A stretch of 64,000 bases of DNA from a virus, in the IMG/VR virus record IMGVR_UViG_3300005573_000995, positions 22,877-86,876 of that record; one strand, written 5' to 3'. The first letter of the stretch is position 1. Every line of letters starts with the position of its first letter. Shown here piece by piece: positions 54,183-64,000 of this stretch. The translations under genes and the position numbers were made by a program. Below the pieces are notes generated by a model. The model was not told the origin of the DNA and made no database searches. It saw only the letters and a program-made list of their open reading frames with translations.

Positions 54183-54554
54183 ATGTCTTTTATGCTATCT
54201 GCCTTTCAACAAATAATTAGCACAAGTGGAATACAGATAACTTGGTCTACTAGAAATACGAATCTCTCATCTAGAGACGCTTATGGACAGCCAACCACTT
54301 CCTACTCAAGCCAAACAATCTGGGCTAAAGTAGCTCCTGTCGGAGACAAAGAACTAACTTTCATAGAACCCGGCTTAGTTCCAGGGCATTATATCAAAGT
54401 TTATGAAGCCGAAGTAGTCCCCAAACATTTGGACAGAGTAACCTACGACAATATAGTGTTTGAAGTTCGTTCAGTAATTCCTCGCCATTATCAGTCTCAG
54501 ATAGTCTATTATGAAGTGTTGGCAAGAAGGTTGGAGGATGTACAACAGCAATGA
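54183..54554 (+). CDS. Head closure/stopper protein
   Basis: DAYG.P...DRV.YD...FEV pattern. Confidence 0.7.
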   Translation: MSFMLSAFQQIISTSGIQITWSTRNTNLSSRDAYGQPTTSYSSQTIWAKVAPVGDKELTFIEPGLVPGHYIKVYEAEVVPKHLDRVTYDNIVFEVRSVIPRHYQSQIVYYEVLARRLEDVQQQ

Positions 54555-55003
54555 GCGCAAATATTGATATTACTGCTGACCCTGTTTCATGGTTAATCAG
54601 TAAGCTATCGGGAACTATTTATGACAGTACTAGCTCTTCGGTGTTAATTAAGGCGTCTTGGCTCTTGAATTTGTCCGAAGTTCCTAGCGTTACTGTTTAC
54701 CGTAAGACCTCTACGTATCAATGGTTGAGCTTGGCTGGCACTTCAACAGCAAAAAAGAGATGTTACACAATTCTGGGATTGCGGGTATGGGCTAAAAATC
54801 CTTTGGACAAATTTACAATTGCCAAAAATTTGCATACTACAATTCATAGTAACGCGAAGGCTTGGAAGGACACAACTACAAATCTAGTATGGATAGATGT
54901 GAAGACTGAGAGAGGAATGGATGAACCCCAACGTATTCCTCCTCTATACAGTATAGATGTAGATACAGAACTAATCTATGATGAAGATATCACATTTACT
55001 TAA
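54551..55003 (+). CDS. Tail terminator-like protein
   Basis: P.VTV...VWA pattern; position. Confidence 0.6.
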   Translation: MSANIDITADPVSWLISKLSGTIYDSTSSSVLIKASWLLNLSEVPSVTVYRKTSTYQWLSLAGTSTAKKRCYTILGLRVWAKNPLDKFTIAKNLHTTIHSNAKAWKDTTTNLVWIDVKTERGMDEPQRIPPLYSIDVDTELIYDEDITFT

Positions 55004-55097
55004 GGTCTAGTAGCGGTAAAAGCTTATATACTCGCAGAATAGAAATAAGTTAGTAAAATTACATAAAATTTTAAAACTAACTAACAACGGTGAAAAT

Positions 55098-55328
55098 ATG
55101 CCTCGAACTCTATTGGTATGGAAGAAGTTGGTTAGAGTAAATAAGTCAAATTCAAGAAATATTCAGATAAGCAAAAGACTTATAGAAGAAGCAGGGCTTA
55201 ATCCAGAAGCAGACTTAGTAGGGAAATGGACGGTATGGGAAAAGGGAAAACACATGTTAGTTTTGGAAATTAAAGAAGATAATCAAGAATTTACACAAAA
55301 TATAGAAGGCGATAGTGTAAATGCTTGA
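55098..55328 (+). CDS. AbrB/SpoVT-like DNA-binding protein
   Basis: KLVRV..SNS..IQISK..IEEAGL; own TATA at about 55023. Confidence 0.6.
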   Translation: MPRTLLVWKKLVRVNKSNSRNIQISKRLIEEAGLNPEADLVGKWTVWEKGKHMLVLEIKEDNQEFTQNIEGDSVNA

Positions 55329-55394
55329 TTATTTTTTTGTAAACGTTGTAAAATATATACAAAGATACCCTATATTATATATAGGTGAAATGAA

Positions 55395-56234
55395 ATGAGT
55401 TTAGTAAATAGTGGCTATCTAAGCACCATAGGATATGTGCAAGAAACGACTTACGGAGTAGCACCTTCAAGCGCTAGCTTCTCGGTTCTGGCAATTGCAA
55501 CGGCTGAACCTAACTTAAACGGAAATTACATTCCAATTTACGCACTTGGACAAAGAGCAGCCTATTTTGTCTTACGTGGAAGGAGAGAAGTAGAGGTACG
55601 TCAAGAATTCTATCCCCAAGATAAGACTGCGATATCAATTCCAATAAGTTCTTACACAAATAGTTATACACTTTGGTGTCAATACATCAACATTAATGCA
55701 AATCTTACGTTAGTCGGTGCAAAAGCTGAGGAAATTACTCTCGTTGGACGAGTGGGAGAACCATTGCGAGCTACTGTCTCATGGTATTGCAAAGATGTTA
55801 CATCTTCAGCCCCAACTGGAGGAACTATGGGTACTGTTTCAACTAAGACGCCTTATCACTTCGACCGTCAAAGCATAACATACAGCGGTAGTGCTCTTAC
55901 TGCTGCAACAGACTTTGAGTGTAGAATAAGGAACAACCTCGAAAGGATATGGCAGTTTAATGACGTATCTATTAGGGCTGCACCAGAGAAGAACGTAGAA
56001 ATAACGGGGACAGTAAGGGTTACTTTGGGAAGCACTGGGCAAATTACCGACTTCTTGGGCGATACTTACTTTGATATGAATATTACTTTGGGAGTAGATT
56101 CTGTAACGACTAGCCCAACAATTCTTCAACTATACAGATGCAAGTGGGAAAGAGTACCTATTCCTCAAAGCCCGACAGATATAATTGCTCTTGCTTTGCC
56201 TTATCGTGCCTCAAGTGTTTCAATCATAGGTTAA
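55395..56234 (+). CDS. Major tail (tube) protein
   Basis: QETTYG..P N-terminus; I.NNLE...EITG. Confidence 0.85.
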   Translation: MSLVNSGYLSTIGYVQETTYGVAPSSASFSVLAIATAEPNLNGNYIPIYALGQRAAYFVLRGRREVEVRQEFYPQDKTAISIPISSYTNSYTLWCQYININANLTLVGAKAEEITLVGRVGEPLRATVSWYCKDVTSSAPTGGTMGTVSTKTPYHFDRQSITYSGSALTAATDFECRIRNNLERIWQFNDVSIRAAPEKNVEITGTVRVTLGSTGQITDFLGDTYFDMNITLGVDSVTTSPTILQLYRCKWERVPIPQSPTDIIALALPYRASSVSIIG

Positions 56235-56247
56235 GGAGTGAGCTAGA

Positions 56248-56559
56248 TTGACAGAAACAAAAGAAATAGAAGTGCAAGGAAAGAAGTTCGTCATACGCAG
56301 GCTTACTGTTAAAGAGAACTTTGAAGTCAATGAAGCTAAAACAGCAAGCGAGAGGTTTAAGCTCTGGTTGCATCATGGAACTGAACCAAAGATACCTCTA
56401 GACAAAATAGACGATATGGATGCCCTTCTTGCAGAAGAATTAAGTTGGGAAATTCAAGATTTTAATCTCCCCCCTTTCGAGACCTTGCAGAAACGCTTGA
56501 AGCGTTTAGAAGAGGCACAATCGCTGGGTATTCTTCCGCAACTCAAAGGAACATCATAA
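56248..56559 (+). CDS. Tail assembly chaperone (gpG-like)
   Basis: Follows the tail tube gene; contains a slippery site. Confidence 0.8.
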   Translation: MTETKEIEVQGKKFVIRRLTVKENFEVNEAKTASERFKLWLHHGTEPKIPLDKIDDMDALLAEELSWEIQDFNLPPFETLQKRLKRLEEAQSLGILPQLKGTS

Positions 56560-56714
56560 ATTACGTACTTGCTAGAGAGTTTGGCTGGACACCCAATCAA
56601 ATCGACTCCCTTAGTATGTATGATGTAGAAATTTTATTGCAATTGCTTAGCGAAGATAAGAAGAAACAAAAAGCCACTATTGAAGATTCTTTAGAGGTGT
56701 TTAAAGCCCCATGA
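56472..56714 (+). CDS. -1 frameshift extension of the tail chaperone (gpGT-like)
   Basis: C CCT TTC heptamer at 56472-56478; the -1 frame encodes YVLAREFGWTPNQIDSL and stops at 56714. Confidence 0.8.
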   Translation, partial: PFRDLAETLEAFRRGTIAGYSSATQRNIINYVLAREFGWTPNQIDSLSMYDVEILLQLLSEDKKKQKATIEDSLEVFKAP

Positions 56715-57244
56715 GTACCGCTGGTGGTATAACTACAGAAGTAACGTTTGAGGGCTTATATGAAGCTCTTGAAGCTCTAGATATAATCAATCGAGGATTC
56801 GGAAACAGCATTGAAGAAGCAATTACAATTGTAGCCCAAGCAGTTCAGCTGAAGGCAAAGAGCTATGCTCCCATCGGCTTAACTAAGAAATTGCAGGACA
56901 GCATTCGTATTCTGCCTCCTGAACCTGGGGTAAGAGTCGTGATTGCTGGTGGAACCCCTGAAGTTCCCTACGCTAGAATAGTCGAATACGGAGCATCTGC
57001 TCATGAAATTTTTCCGGTTTCAGCAGAAGCATTACATTGGGAAGGAAGAGGGGATATAGCAGACATTACAGAGAAGGGAGAAGATATCTTTGCGAAAAGA
57101 GTAGAACACCCGGGCGTATTGCCTCAACCATTTATGCATCAAGCTGCTGAAGCAACTCGTTTTGAGATTCCTGCTTTAGCTACTCAAAGTTTTATTAAGC
57201 TAATGGTCGAAGCAAGAGTTGGAGGAAATGTTGTGGTGGAATAA
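56711..57244 (+). CDS. HK97 gp10-like tail completion protein
   Basis: AK..AP...T..L..SI...YA..VEYG...HPG...QPFM..A. Confidence 0.8.
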   Translation: MSTAGGITTEVTFEGLYEALEALDIINRGFGNSIEEAITIVAQAVQLKAKSYAPIGLTKKLQDSIRILPPEPGVRVVIAGGTPEVPYARIVEYGASAHEIFPVSAEALHWEGRGDIADITEKGEDIFAKRVEHPGVLPQPFMHQAAEATRFEIPALATQSFIKLMVEARVGGNVVVE

Positions 57245-57258
57245 TTGGGTGAATAGAT

Positions 57259-58980
57259 GTGGCTGCTGAGGGAGATACTGGTGTTCAAGTAAATATAACT
57301 GCAAACGTTAGAGCCAGAGCTGAAGGCATAGAAGCGATACAGCAGATTTACAACGAATTAAGACAAGGAGCAACTTATGACACCGAAATGCAAGCTCGCT
57401 TACGAGAAGCAAGGGCTGGCATTGTTGGACAAAACAGAGCTTATTACTCTTTGGTTCTAGCAGAACGAGAACAGCATGAAACTCTCTTCCGTGTTTCACA
57501 AGCTTATGCAAAATTTGCAACTGCTCTTGCTCGAATAAATAGTCTCTATACTCAATATGCAGTTATACAAATCAGAAACATGGAGATGGAAAAAAGAGCA
57601 GAAGAAGCTACTGAAAAGCGCGTAGAGTTAGAACAAAGAAGGGCTGAATGGCAAAAAACCGTTAATATGCTCCAAGCTGCAGGAATGAGTAATACAGACC
57701 AATATCGTCAAGCTCTTTATAACCTTTCGCTTGTGCAAGAAGCTTATAATAAAGCAAAAGAAAATGAAAAGAAAGCTGTAATGGAAGCTCAACGTGCGCA
57801 ACAGGAGACGGTTCTTTGGACGATAGTGGCTGGAGCACAACTTATTGGAACAATTCAACCGCTTCTCTTAGGCTATACAAGACTAATGGCTCTTTTAAGA
57901 GCGCAGGGGATTATTGGTGGAATAAGCGCTCTTGCTAGAGGAGCAGGAACGGCAGCAGTAGCAGCACAAGCTGGAGCTGCTGTAGCTGCACCAGCAGCCG
58001 GAACTGCTGCTACAACTGCTGGAGCAGCAGGAGCAGGAGTGGCTGGTGTAACAAGTCTCTCAGCTCTCATAGCACCATTAACTCTTGCTACAACAATGGT
58101 CGCATTTCCATTACTAATGGCTAGTATAGAAGAAGCTATTGACCCCGAAGGAGCTAGGAAAAGAACAGAAGAGAGTAGAAGGGCGCAAGAAAGAGCTAAT
58201 GAGATAATTACGAGAGAAACTGCAAAGCTTGGAGAAGGGCTAGCTTCTCTTTATGACCCAACACAGGCGCTTGCTCAGATGTATATGACTCAATCTATAA
58301 GGGCTGGTGTCTTTGTCGATAGATTTTCTGATTTAAACAATACTGTCGATAATACAATTAACATATTTCAATCTTTAAATGATACGGCTGATGAATTCTG
58401 GAGAATTACGCATAAAAGTCTAGAGACTCCACCAACGCCTACTTCATATACCCTAGAAGAACCCATGCCCGAATTCGGTTCACAAGAATGGCAAACTTAT
58501 ATGGAAGAAGTTTATGGACTAAGCAGTGATGTCATCCAAAATATAATGACGATGGGAGTACAAACATTTGAGGAGTTTAAGGCTAAATATGAGGCTATCT
58601 ATGGAACACTAACGCCATCATCACCACCAACACAAACTGAAACTCCATCAATCACATTCACTTCTTATGAAGATTTATGGAAATACGTTGCGTCTCATCC
58701 AGAAATACTGAGACAACTCTTTCCGCAAGCACAAAAGGGTGGAGTCGTTACAAAAGAAACAATCATTACGGTTGGTGAGAGAGGCAAAAAAGAAGCAATT
58801 ATTCCTTTAGAAAGTGGAATAAATATTTTCAAGAATTTGATTCCGCCTCCACAAAAAGAGGAAAAACGAGAACCAATTAGGATTATTTTAGAAATTCAGC
58901 CATCAGAGATAAGTAAAATAGTTTCGGCGAAATTGGGTGAGAGACTAAACGTAACGCGTGGGGTGAGTAATGCCTTTTGA
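57259..58980 (+). CDS. Tape measure protein (short, 573 aa)
   Basis: Helical, Ala-rich; C-terminal AQKGGVV...VGE.G..EAIIPL. Confidence 0.8.
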   Translation: MAAEGDTGVQVNITANVRARAEGIEAIQQIYNELRQGATYDTEMQARLREARAGIVGQNRAYYSLVLAEREQHETLFRVSQAYAKFATALARINSLYTQYAVIQIRNMEMEKRAEEATEKRVELEQRRAEWQKTVNMLQAAGMSNTDQYRQALYNLSLVQEAYNKAKENEKKAVMEAQRAQQETVLWTIVAGAQLIGTIQPLLLGYTRLMALLRAQGIIGGISALARGAGTAAVAAQAGAAVAAPAAGTAATTAGAAGAGVAGVTSLSALIAPLTLATTMVAFPLLMASIEEAIDPEGARKRTEESRRAQERANEIITRETAKLGEGLASLYDPTQALAQMYMTQSIRAGVFVDRFSDLNNTVDNTINIFQSLNDTADEFWRITHKSLETPPTPTSYTLEEPMPEFGSQEWQTYMEEVYGLSSDVIQNIMTMGVQTFEEFKAKYEAIYGTLTPSSPPTQTETPSITFTSYEDLWKYVASHPEILRQLFPQAQKGGVVTKETIITVGERGKKEAIIPLESGINIFKNLIPPPQKEEKREPIRIILEIQPSEISKIVSAKLGERLNVTRGVSNAF

Positions 58981-61121
58981 CCTCATATAGCGTTTTAGTC
59001 AATAATACCAGCATAAATTTCATTTCTTTAGAATATACTCGTGTTTTAGATTTCAAAAATACATCCTTTGAAATTACATTACCAGAATTTAATGTTTCAA
59101 TAGCTTATAATCAACCTGTTATAATTAAGAGAGATAACCAAACGGTCTTTGCAGGGAGAATAGAAAGTATAGATAAAAAGTTTGGAGCAAATGCACAAGA
59201 AATGGTAATTGGGGGCAGAGATTTATCCAACACATTAGATAAGAGAATCTTTAATATTGGGGGTCTTGTCGATTTAAGCTATTCCCCAGCTTATCCTGCA
59301 TCATCTATGTTTACCGATATAATAAGTTCGGCTGGACTAACGGTAGGAACTATTGGAAGTTCTGCTTCTGCCATTCCTTCTCAAATCACGAGCTTTAGAA
59401 AAGAACGCTGTAATGCTGCCCTTGAAAGACTACAGAAAGCTACATCGTGGGAATACTTTGTCAATTTTGATGGAACGGTTGATTTTAAGTCGTCAGTCGG
59501 TTCAGATAAGACTAGCACTATTGTCTTTAGAGAAGGGGTTAATTGCAGAATTATCGAACATCAATACGACTTTAAGCGTATGGCTAATTACATCTATGCT
59601 CTAGGAGCGCAGGTTGGGACAGACCAATTAATCGTCTCGAGTTATGATACTGCCTCAATTAGCACTTACGGAAGAATTGATGAAATAGTTGAGGATAGAA
59701 CCTTAACTACGCAACCTGCTCTACAGTCTTTTGTTAATCAAAGACTCGCAGACTTCAAAAATCCAGTTGAAACTTATGTGGTAGAATGTGTCGATACATA
59801 CAGTGGTTATGATTTTGACATAGGGGACAGAATAAAAGTCATAAGTGATACCCACGCTCCACTTGCAGATATTACTGGGAGAGTATTGCAATTAACTAGA
59901 AAATGGTCTGCTAACGAAGGAGAAATTACTAAATTTGAGATTGGAAATTTAACTTACCAGCTTAATACAAGCCGTTATAAATTGCCTAGGTTTGAGGAAG
60001 CATTAGCGTCATTAAGATTAAGCTGGGATAGAGACCGCTATGAGCAGGGGAATGAAAACACATTTATTGGAGATGCAGGATTCAATTTAGACGATTCTCA
60101 TACTCTTACTCTACAGTTTGTCGCTCCTTCAAATGTTGCAACTGACCCAGATGGGCACAATCTATATAAAGACTTTTCGATGTGGATAACGGCCAAGCCT
60201 TACAGAGCTAATGCTGTAACAAGTGTGACAAATGTAACGGCTACTACAACTGTTGCAGTAAGCACGAGCGTTACAGCAAGTACAAGCGTTACAACGAGCG
60301 TCTCTGTCGTAAATGGACCGGTTTCAACTAGTTTAACAGGATTCCCTGTTGCAATTCAAACAGGTTCACTAACAGGAACATACTCTGCTGGGGGGATAAC
60401 TATTACGATGCCTACTCCTCCAACAACATTTTATCAATGGAATGCAAATGCAAAATTTACTTGGTATGCCAATTATACTGATATAGACCCCTATACTGTT
60501 CAAGTTGTAGACGTTAGTAATAGCAATGAAGTTTTGGCTCAACAGGCTTATACTGGGATAATCGCTTATGCACCAACCACTAAATTAGGTCTTGTAGGAA
60601 CAGCAGACTTAAGTAATCATGGAATAAATCTAAGAATCTTGAATGCTTCGGGTTCAGTTGCTTTCCCTGCTTCTGCAACAGCAGCCTCTACATCTATGCG
60701 AGGGAACTTCTATTTAGAGTTATGGAATTATGGACAACAATTCCATACGGTACCGGGAGAACCAGCATCAGCATCTACTGTAACAAGCGCTTCTACAGTT
60801 ACAAACGCTTCTACTACTGCAACTGCTACAACTCTTACATCAGCTACAACTAACGCGAGTGTTGGTGGAAGCTTAATTTTAGGTACTGGAACTGCAAGCC
60901 TACTCGTTATGAATGTGTATAACCCCGCTGGAAGCTTGGTAGACAGTAGAACATGGTCTCTGCCAGTAGTTGCCAATAACTCTCTCTCAATAATTTTCAC
61001 GAGTTCAGGAGTATATTCATTTCAAATGACACTTGCATCGGGACAGCCTCCATCATGGATTGAATGGCACGGTGTACTAACTTACTATCAAAAATCTTAT
61101 GGAAGGTATAAGGTGGTGTAA
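58977..61121 (+). CDS. Tail tip / baseplate hub protein
   Basis: VFAGRI...GRD...N.IY..G...SI..YG...F.IGD.I pattern. Confidence 0.75.
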   Translation: MTSYSVLVNNTSINFISLEYTRVLDFKNTSFEITLPEFNVSIAYNQPVIIKRDNQTVFAGRIESIDKKFGANAQEMVIGGRDLSNTLDKRIFNIGGLVDLSYSPAYPASSMFTDIISSAGLTVGTIGSSASAIPSQITSFRKERCNAALERLQKATSWEYFVNFDGTVDFKSSVGSDKTSTIVFREGVNCRIIEHQYDFKRMANYIYALGAQVGTDQLIVSSYDTASISTYGRIDEIVEDRTLTTQPALQSFVNQRLADFKNPVETYVVECVDTYSGYDFDIGDRIKVISDTHAPLADITGRVLQLTRKWSANEGEITKFEIGNLTYQLNTSRYKLPRFEEALASLRLSWDRDRYEQGNENTFIGDAGFNLDDSHTLTLQFVAPSNVATDPDGHNLYKDFSMWITAKPYRANAVTSVTNVTATTTVAVSTSVTASTSVTTSVSVVNGPVSTSLTGFPVAIQTGSLTGTYSAGGITITMPTPPTTFYQWNANAKFTWYANYTDIDPYTVQVVDVSNSNEVLAQQAYTGIIAYAPTTKLGLVGTADLSNHGINLRILNASGSVAFPASATAASTSMRGNFYLELWNYGQQFHTVPGEPASASTVTSASTVTNASTTATATTLTSATTNASVGGSLILGTGTASLLVMNVYNPAGSLVDSRTWSLPVVANNSLSIIFTSSGVYSFQMTLASGQPPSWIEWHGVLTYYQKSYGRYKVV

Positions 61122-61385
61122 ATGAAGTATAAAGTAAGAATAGTTAAGATTCTTGATAACGAAGTAAGAGCAGTTATAACTGAAACGGGTAGACTTGATG
61201 TTGATGGCGCTGAATACAGATTACCACTCGCTACTACTCGTCCTTTAACAGAATTGACTGAAGAAGAGATAATTAACGTTGTCAGAAGTTATATTGACCC
61301 TATCGTTAATCCACCTACAAATATACAGAAAGTTAGACCAAAGATACTCGATATGGAAGGAAAAGAATATGTTGTAGGGGAGTAG
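61122..61385 (+). CDS. Hypothetical protein
   Basis: Operonic ORF. Confidence 0.65.
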   Translation: MKYKVRIVKILDNEVRAVITETGRLDVDGAEYRLPLATTRPLTELTEEEIINVVRSYIDPIVNPPTNIQKVRPKILDMEGKEYVVGE

Positions 61386-61394
61386 TGATTACCT

Positions 61395-62084
61395 TTGTAC
61401 CTTTATAAGCCCTCATTTCTTGATGAAGCCTTTGAGACGACAGATTGGACCCCTACAAATTCAACATATTCAACGGACGGAGATATAGCTACTGTTCAAA
61501 CTACTGTTGCTGGTGGATACATAACGAGAAGTGTAAGTTATGACCTTACTACTTATAATCAACTAAAGGTCAAAGGGGCTGGATATTCTCCATTTGTAAC
61601 GGCTGTTTGTACTGGTGGCAACGTTACTGGATATCCAACAGCAGGTTCTCGCTTTAATACAATTACTTTAAATTTGAGCGGAAAGGGAACTCTTACTGCT
61701 ATTCAATTAGGAGACCAAGGAGCAAGCACTTATGCATATTTCGATACAGTTGCTCTTGTCAAAAGCACTGCTGACTATGACTTGTGGGATGAGGAACTTG
61801 CAGGAAACTTAACGAAAGAAATTGTCATTAAGCCTGCGCCTTATGCAAGAGATTACGTTTACGATATAGGTGTAAGGCATTTCTATTTTCGCTATTATGG
61901 CTATATACCAGACGATACAATGCGTATTAATTTGGAAAACGATGTAACTAACTTAAGTCGCTTCTTCTTCGAGGACAATGAGGATAGTGCAACAGGAGTT
62001 ATTACGCAAATTACTACAACAATAACACCTGGGAGACAATATTATGACGCCGAATTGGTAATTACTAAGGGGAGAATTGTATAA
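61395..62084 (+). CDS. Tail-associated structural protein
   Basis: Beta-rich; position. Confidence 0.6.
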   Translation: MYLYKPSFLDEAFETTDWTPTNSTYSTDGDIATVQTTVAGGYITRSVSYDLTTYNQLKVKGAGYSPFVTAVCTGGNVTGYPTAGSRFNTITLNLSGKGTLTAIQLGDQGASTYAYFDTVALVKSTADYDLWDEELAGNLTKEIVIKPAPYARDYVYDIGVRHFYFRYYGYIPDDTMRINLENDVTNLSRFFFEDNEDSATGVITQITTTITPGRQYYDAELVITKGRIV

Positions 62085-62413
62085 TGGCATCAATAGACGG
62101 GATTACCATATATATTCAGAAGCAAACAAGAGAAATAAAGGTAAAACATGCAATACATCTAATTCCAAATAGACGCTTACCCCTAGTGCAACCCACTTAT
62201 ATAGCCTCTCCAACATGGACTATTGAAGCAACAGTTCCTGCTGACATCAATAATTTGAGAGATTTACAAAATACTGCGCATAAGATGGCTCTTGTAACGT
62301 TTGTAGATGAATTTGGGAATAGCTATAATGTTAGAGTGATGACTTTAGATATTAAAGAGACTGCTGGACAACAGAATATATTTGAGATAGAACTGACGTT
62401 AGTTGAACCATAA
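62084..62413 (+). CDS. Distal-tail-like small protein
   Basis: H.IP.R..P.VQ...W.I....IELTL.E pattern. Confidence 0.55.
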   Translation: MASIDGITIYIQKQTREIKVKHAIHLIPNRRLPLVQPTYIASPTWTIEATVPADINNLRDLQNTAHKMALVTFVDEFGNSYNVRVMTLDIKETAGQQNIFEIELTLVEP

Positions 62414-62471
62414 AACAGATAAATAATAGCTCCAAAGACTTATATATAGCACATTTTACTAACAACACATC

Positions 62472-62900
62472 ATGTCACAAATAAGTGGACAAAACAACGT
62501 TGAAGCTATAGACTCAGAGATAACAAAGCTACGCAAAGAATTGGCTGCTGCTGTTTTGATGGCTCAAATATTTCATAGCGATAAGTCTGCCAATGACTTA
62601 CGCAAGCTTATGGACTCAATACGAGAAGGGCTTTCTAATCAAGAGTCAATCAACATACTTATCGATAGATTTGGAGAACGTGCTGCAAGAGAAATGGATT
62701 TTGCAGAGGGGCTAGTTCTAATAACGAATAGAAAACATCGTTGTAAAGCTTGTGGTATAGAGCTTAAGAAGGGAGAAAAGGCTTTCTCAGGAGGAGGAAA
62801 GTGGATTTGTATGTTCTGTTCTTACGTTGGTTTTCTATATCAATTAAGAAAATCTATTCAAGTTTTAAAAGATTTCTATAATAATATAAGCTTGCCCTAA
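62472..62900 (+). CDS. Zn-finger protein
   Basis: CKAC...CMFC; own TATA. Confidence 0.7.
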   Translation: MSQISGQNNVEAIDSEITKLRKELAAAVLMAQIFHSDKSANDLRKLMDSIREGLSNQESINILIDRFGERAAREMDFAEGLVLITNRKHRCKACGIELKKGEKAFSGGGKWICMFCSYVGFLYQLRKSIQVLKDFYNNISLP

Positions 62901-63100
62901 AGGTCTGATAGCCCGCTATTACATTTATGCACTCGCCTATCAAAGAAATGGCTTTTACAAAATCTTTTCTTACATTCTGGACAATAATTCCAACAGAGCG
63001 AATAACAAATACAACAACGTTGCACTATGTCATCGAGATTATAGTCCTTAGTTCCTTTAGCTTCCTTTCGTAGACTTCGTTTTATTCTTGATAGCTTCAA
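62897..63100 (-). CDS. AN1-like Zn-finger protein
   Basis: CPECKKRFCKSH....HKC. Confidence 0.65.
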   Translation of the reverse strand: MKLSRIKRSLRKEAKGTKDYNLDDIVQRCCICYSLCWNYCPECKKRFCKSHFFDRRVHKCNSGLSDL

Positions 63101-64000
63101 GTTACGACTTCTACACCAAGACCATCTAAAACGTATTGAATATGATTGACAATTGTATGCGTATCGCTACCCGCAAAGAGTAGTCCAGCCAATAGCCCAC
63201 TAGAAGTTATACCACTTGAAGTTACACTAGCTTCATAGACTCCTGAACCAGAGTCTCCTCCTTGAGAGAAGTGGTCAGAATCACCATCAGATAGTTTCGT
63301 TACGACTATTTGATGGACAAATCTGGCAGTGAAGTCCCCATAACTAACGTCTACGGTCGCATTATCATCGAATACCGTCCCAACAGTTATTCCCGTTGTT
63401 CTCCCACTCTTAATAAGACGAGTCTGATAAGGAGACACATCTACCTTAATTCCTGTTGGAGCCACTAAGCCGTTGGGGATAGTAGAATAGTCAGCAGTTA
63501 AGTCGGCAATGGCACAATCAACGAAGTTCTCTGGCTCTGCTTGAGGCACTACTGCTTGAAATCTTGTCTTTCTGCCAAATCCAGAGTATATATGGTTAAG
63601 AGCAAAGACTATTGTCTTAGCGACTGGACAAGTAGAAGGTGGGGGTGGAGGAGGTGGATTAGTGCCATTATGAAGTATCTCAACAAAACGCTTAAGTGTT
63701 CCTATCTGGTCATTTGGCAATCTTCCAGAGTCATAGGGTCCCGGTTGCAAGATTGCATCTCCCGCCTTACCTTTATTAGAATTCGCCAAAACATGGCAAT
63801 TCGACAGAATACATACCTTTCCATCGGTCTTATCTCTAACTATGGCTCCTATCGTTCCAGCGGTGATGAGATAATGACCTACGCTTATTCCGGGAAATAT
63901 TGGTCTGTATTTCTTCGTTGGGTCTTGAAAATTTGAGGAAAGTGCTTTAACTTCTCCTAATTCCACAACATCTACAGGAATTCCATTAATTTCGTCTGGA
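63097..64000 (-). CDS. Trypsin-like (Nal1-type) serine protease, 5'-truncated by the window end
   Basis: GTIG, SNCHVL, DCA and GDSGS triad motifs; frame open to the window end (PDEINGIPVDVVE). Confidence 0.85.
   Translation of the reverse strand, partial: PDEINGIPVDVVELGEVKALSSNFQDPTKKYRPIFPGISVGHYLITAGTIGAIVRDKTDGKVCILSNCHVLANSNKGKAGDAILQPGPYDSGRLPNDQIGTLKRFVEILHNGTNPPPPPPPSTCPVAKTIVFALNHIYSGFGRKTRFQAVVPQAEPENFVDCAIADLTADYSTIPNGLVAPTGIKVDVSPYQTRLIKSGRTTGITVGTVFDDNATVDVSYGDFTARFVHQIVVTKLSDGDSDHFSQGGDSGSGVYEASVTSSGITSSGLLAGLLFAGSDTHTIVNHIQYVLDGLGVEVVT

Noticed and set aside
1-64000. Integrase/att sites, tail sheath, rRNA
   Set aside because: No supporting motifs in the window, so lifestyle (lytic versus provirus) cannot be determined here.

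Overview
The window is about 64 kb of an AT-rich archaeal tailed virus (Caudoviricetes; siphovirus-like, since there is a tail tube and tape measure but no sheath). Almost all genes are on the + strand and use archaeal BRE-TATA promoters. From left to right: a replication module (candidate iteron origin, PriS-PriX-like primase, intein-containing PolB, RPA-like protein, PCNA, DHH protein, ERCC4 nuclease); a MoxR AAA+/HExxH-VWA operon followed by six tandem paralogous Zn-finger genes; terminase (with intein); a ~13 kb accessory/control region (20.6-34 kb); a head module (portal with two inteins, JAB protein, protease/scaffold, decoration protein, major capsid protein); giant fibre-like genes; and a tail module with a -1 frameshift chaperone. 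The most unusual items are: (1) the MoxR-VWA operon with a diversified Zn-finger array sharing a C-terminal acidic motif; (2) 17 helically phased CAAATATTTG palindromes in five clusters, mostly between divergent promoters; (3) two copies of a bent-DNA tract plus an identical 25-bp core 3485 bp apart; (4) apparent genome-wide GATC avoidance except one ~4-5 kb island that carries a second MoxR-VWA pair; (5) four GC-rich structured RNAs, each starting 30-31 nt after its own TATA box. All calls come from reading the sequence and motifs by eye; no database searches or folding programs were run.
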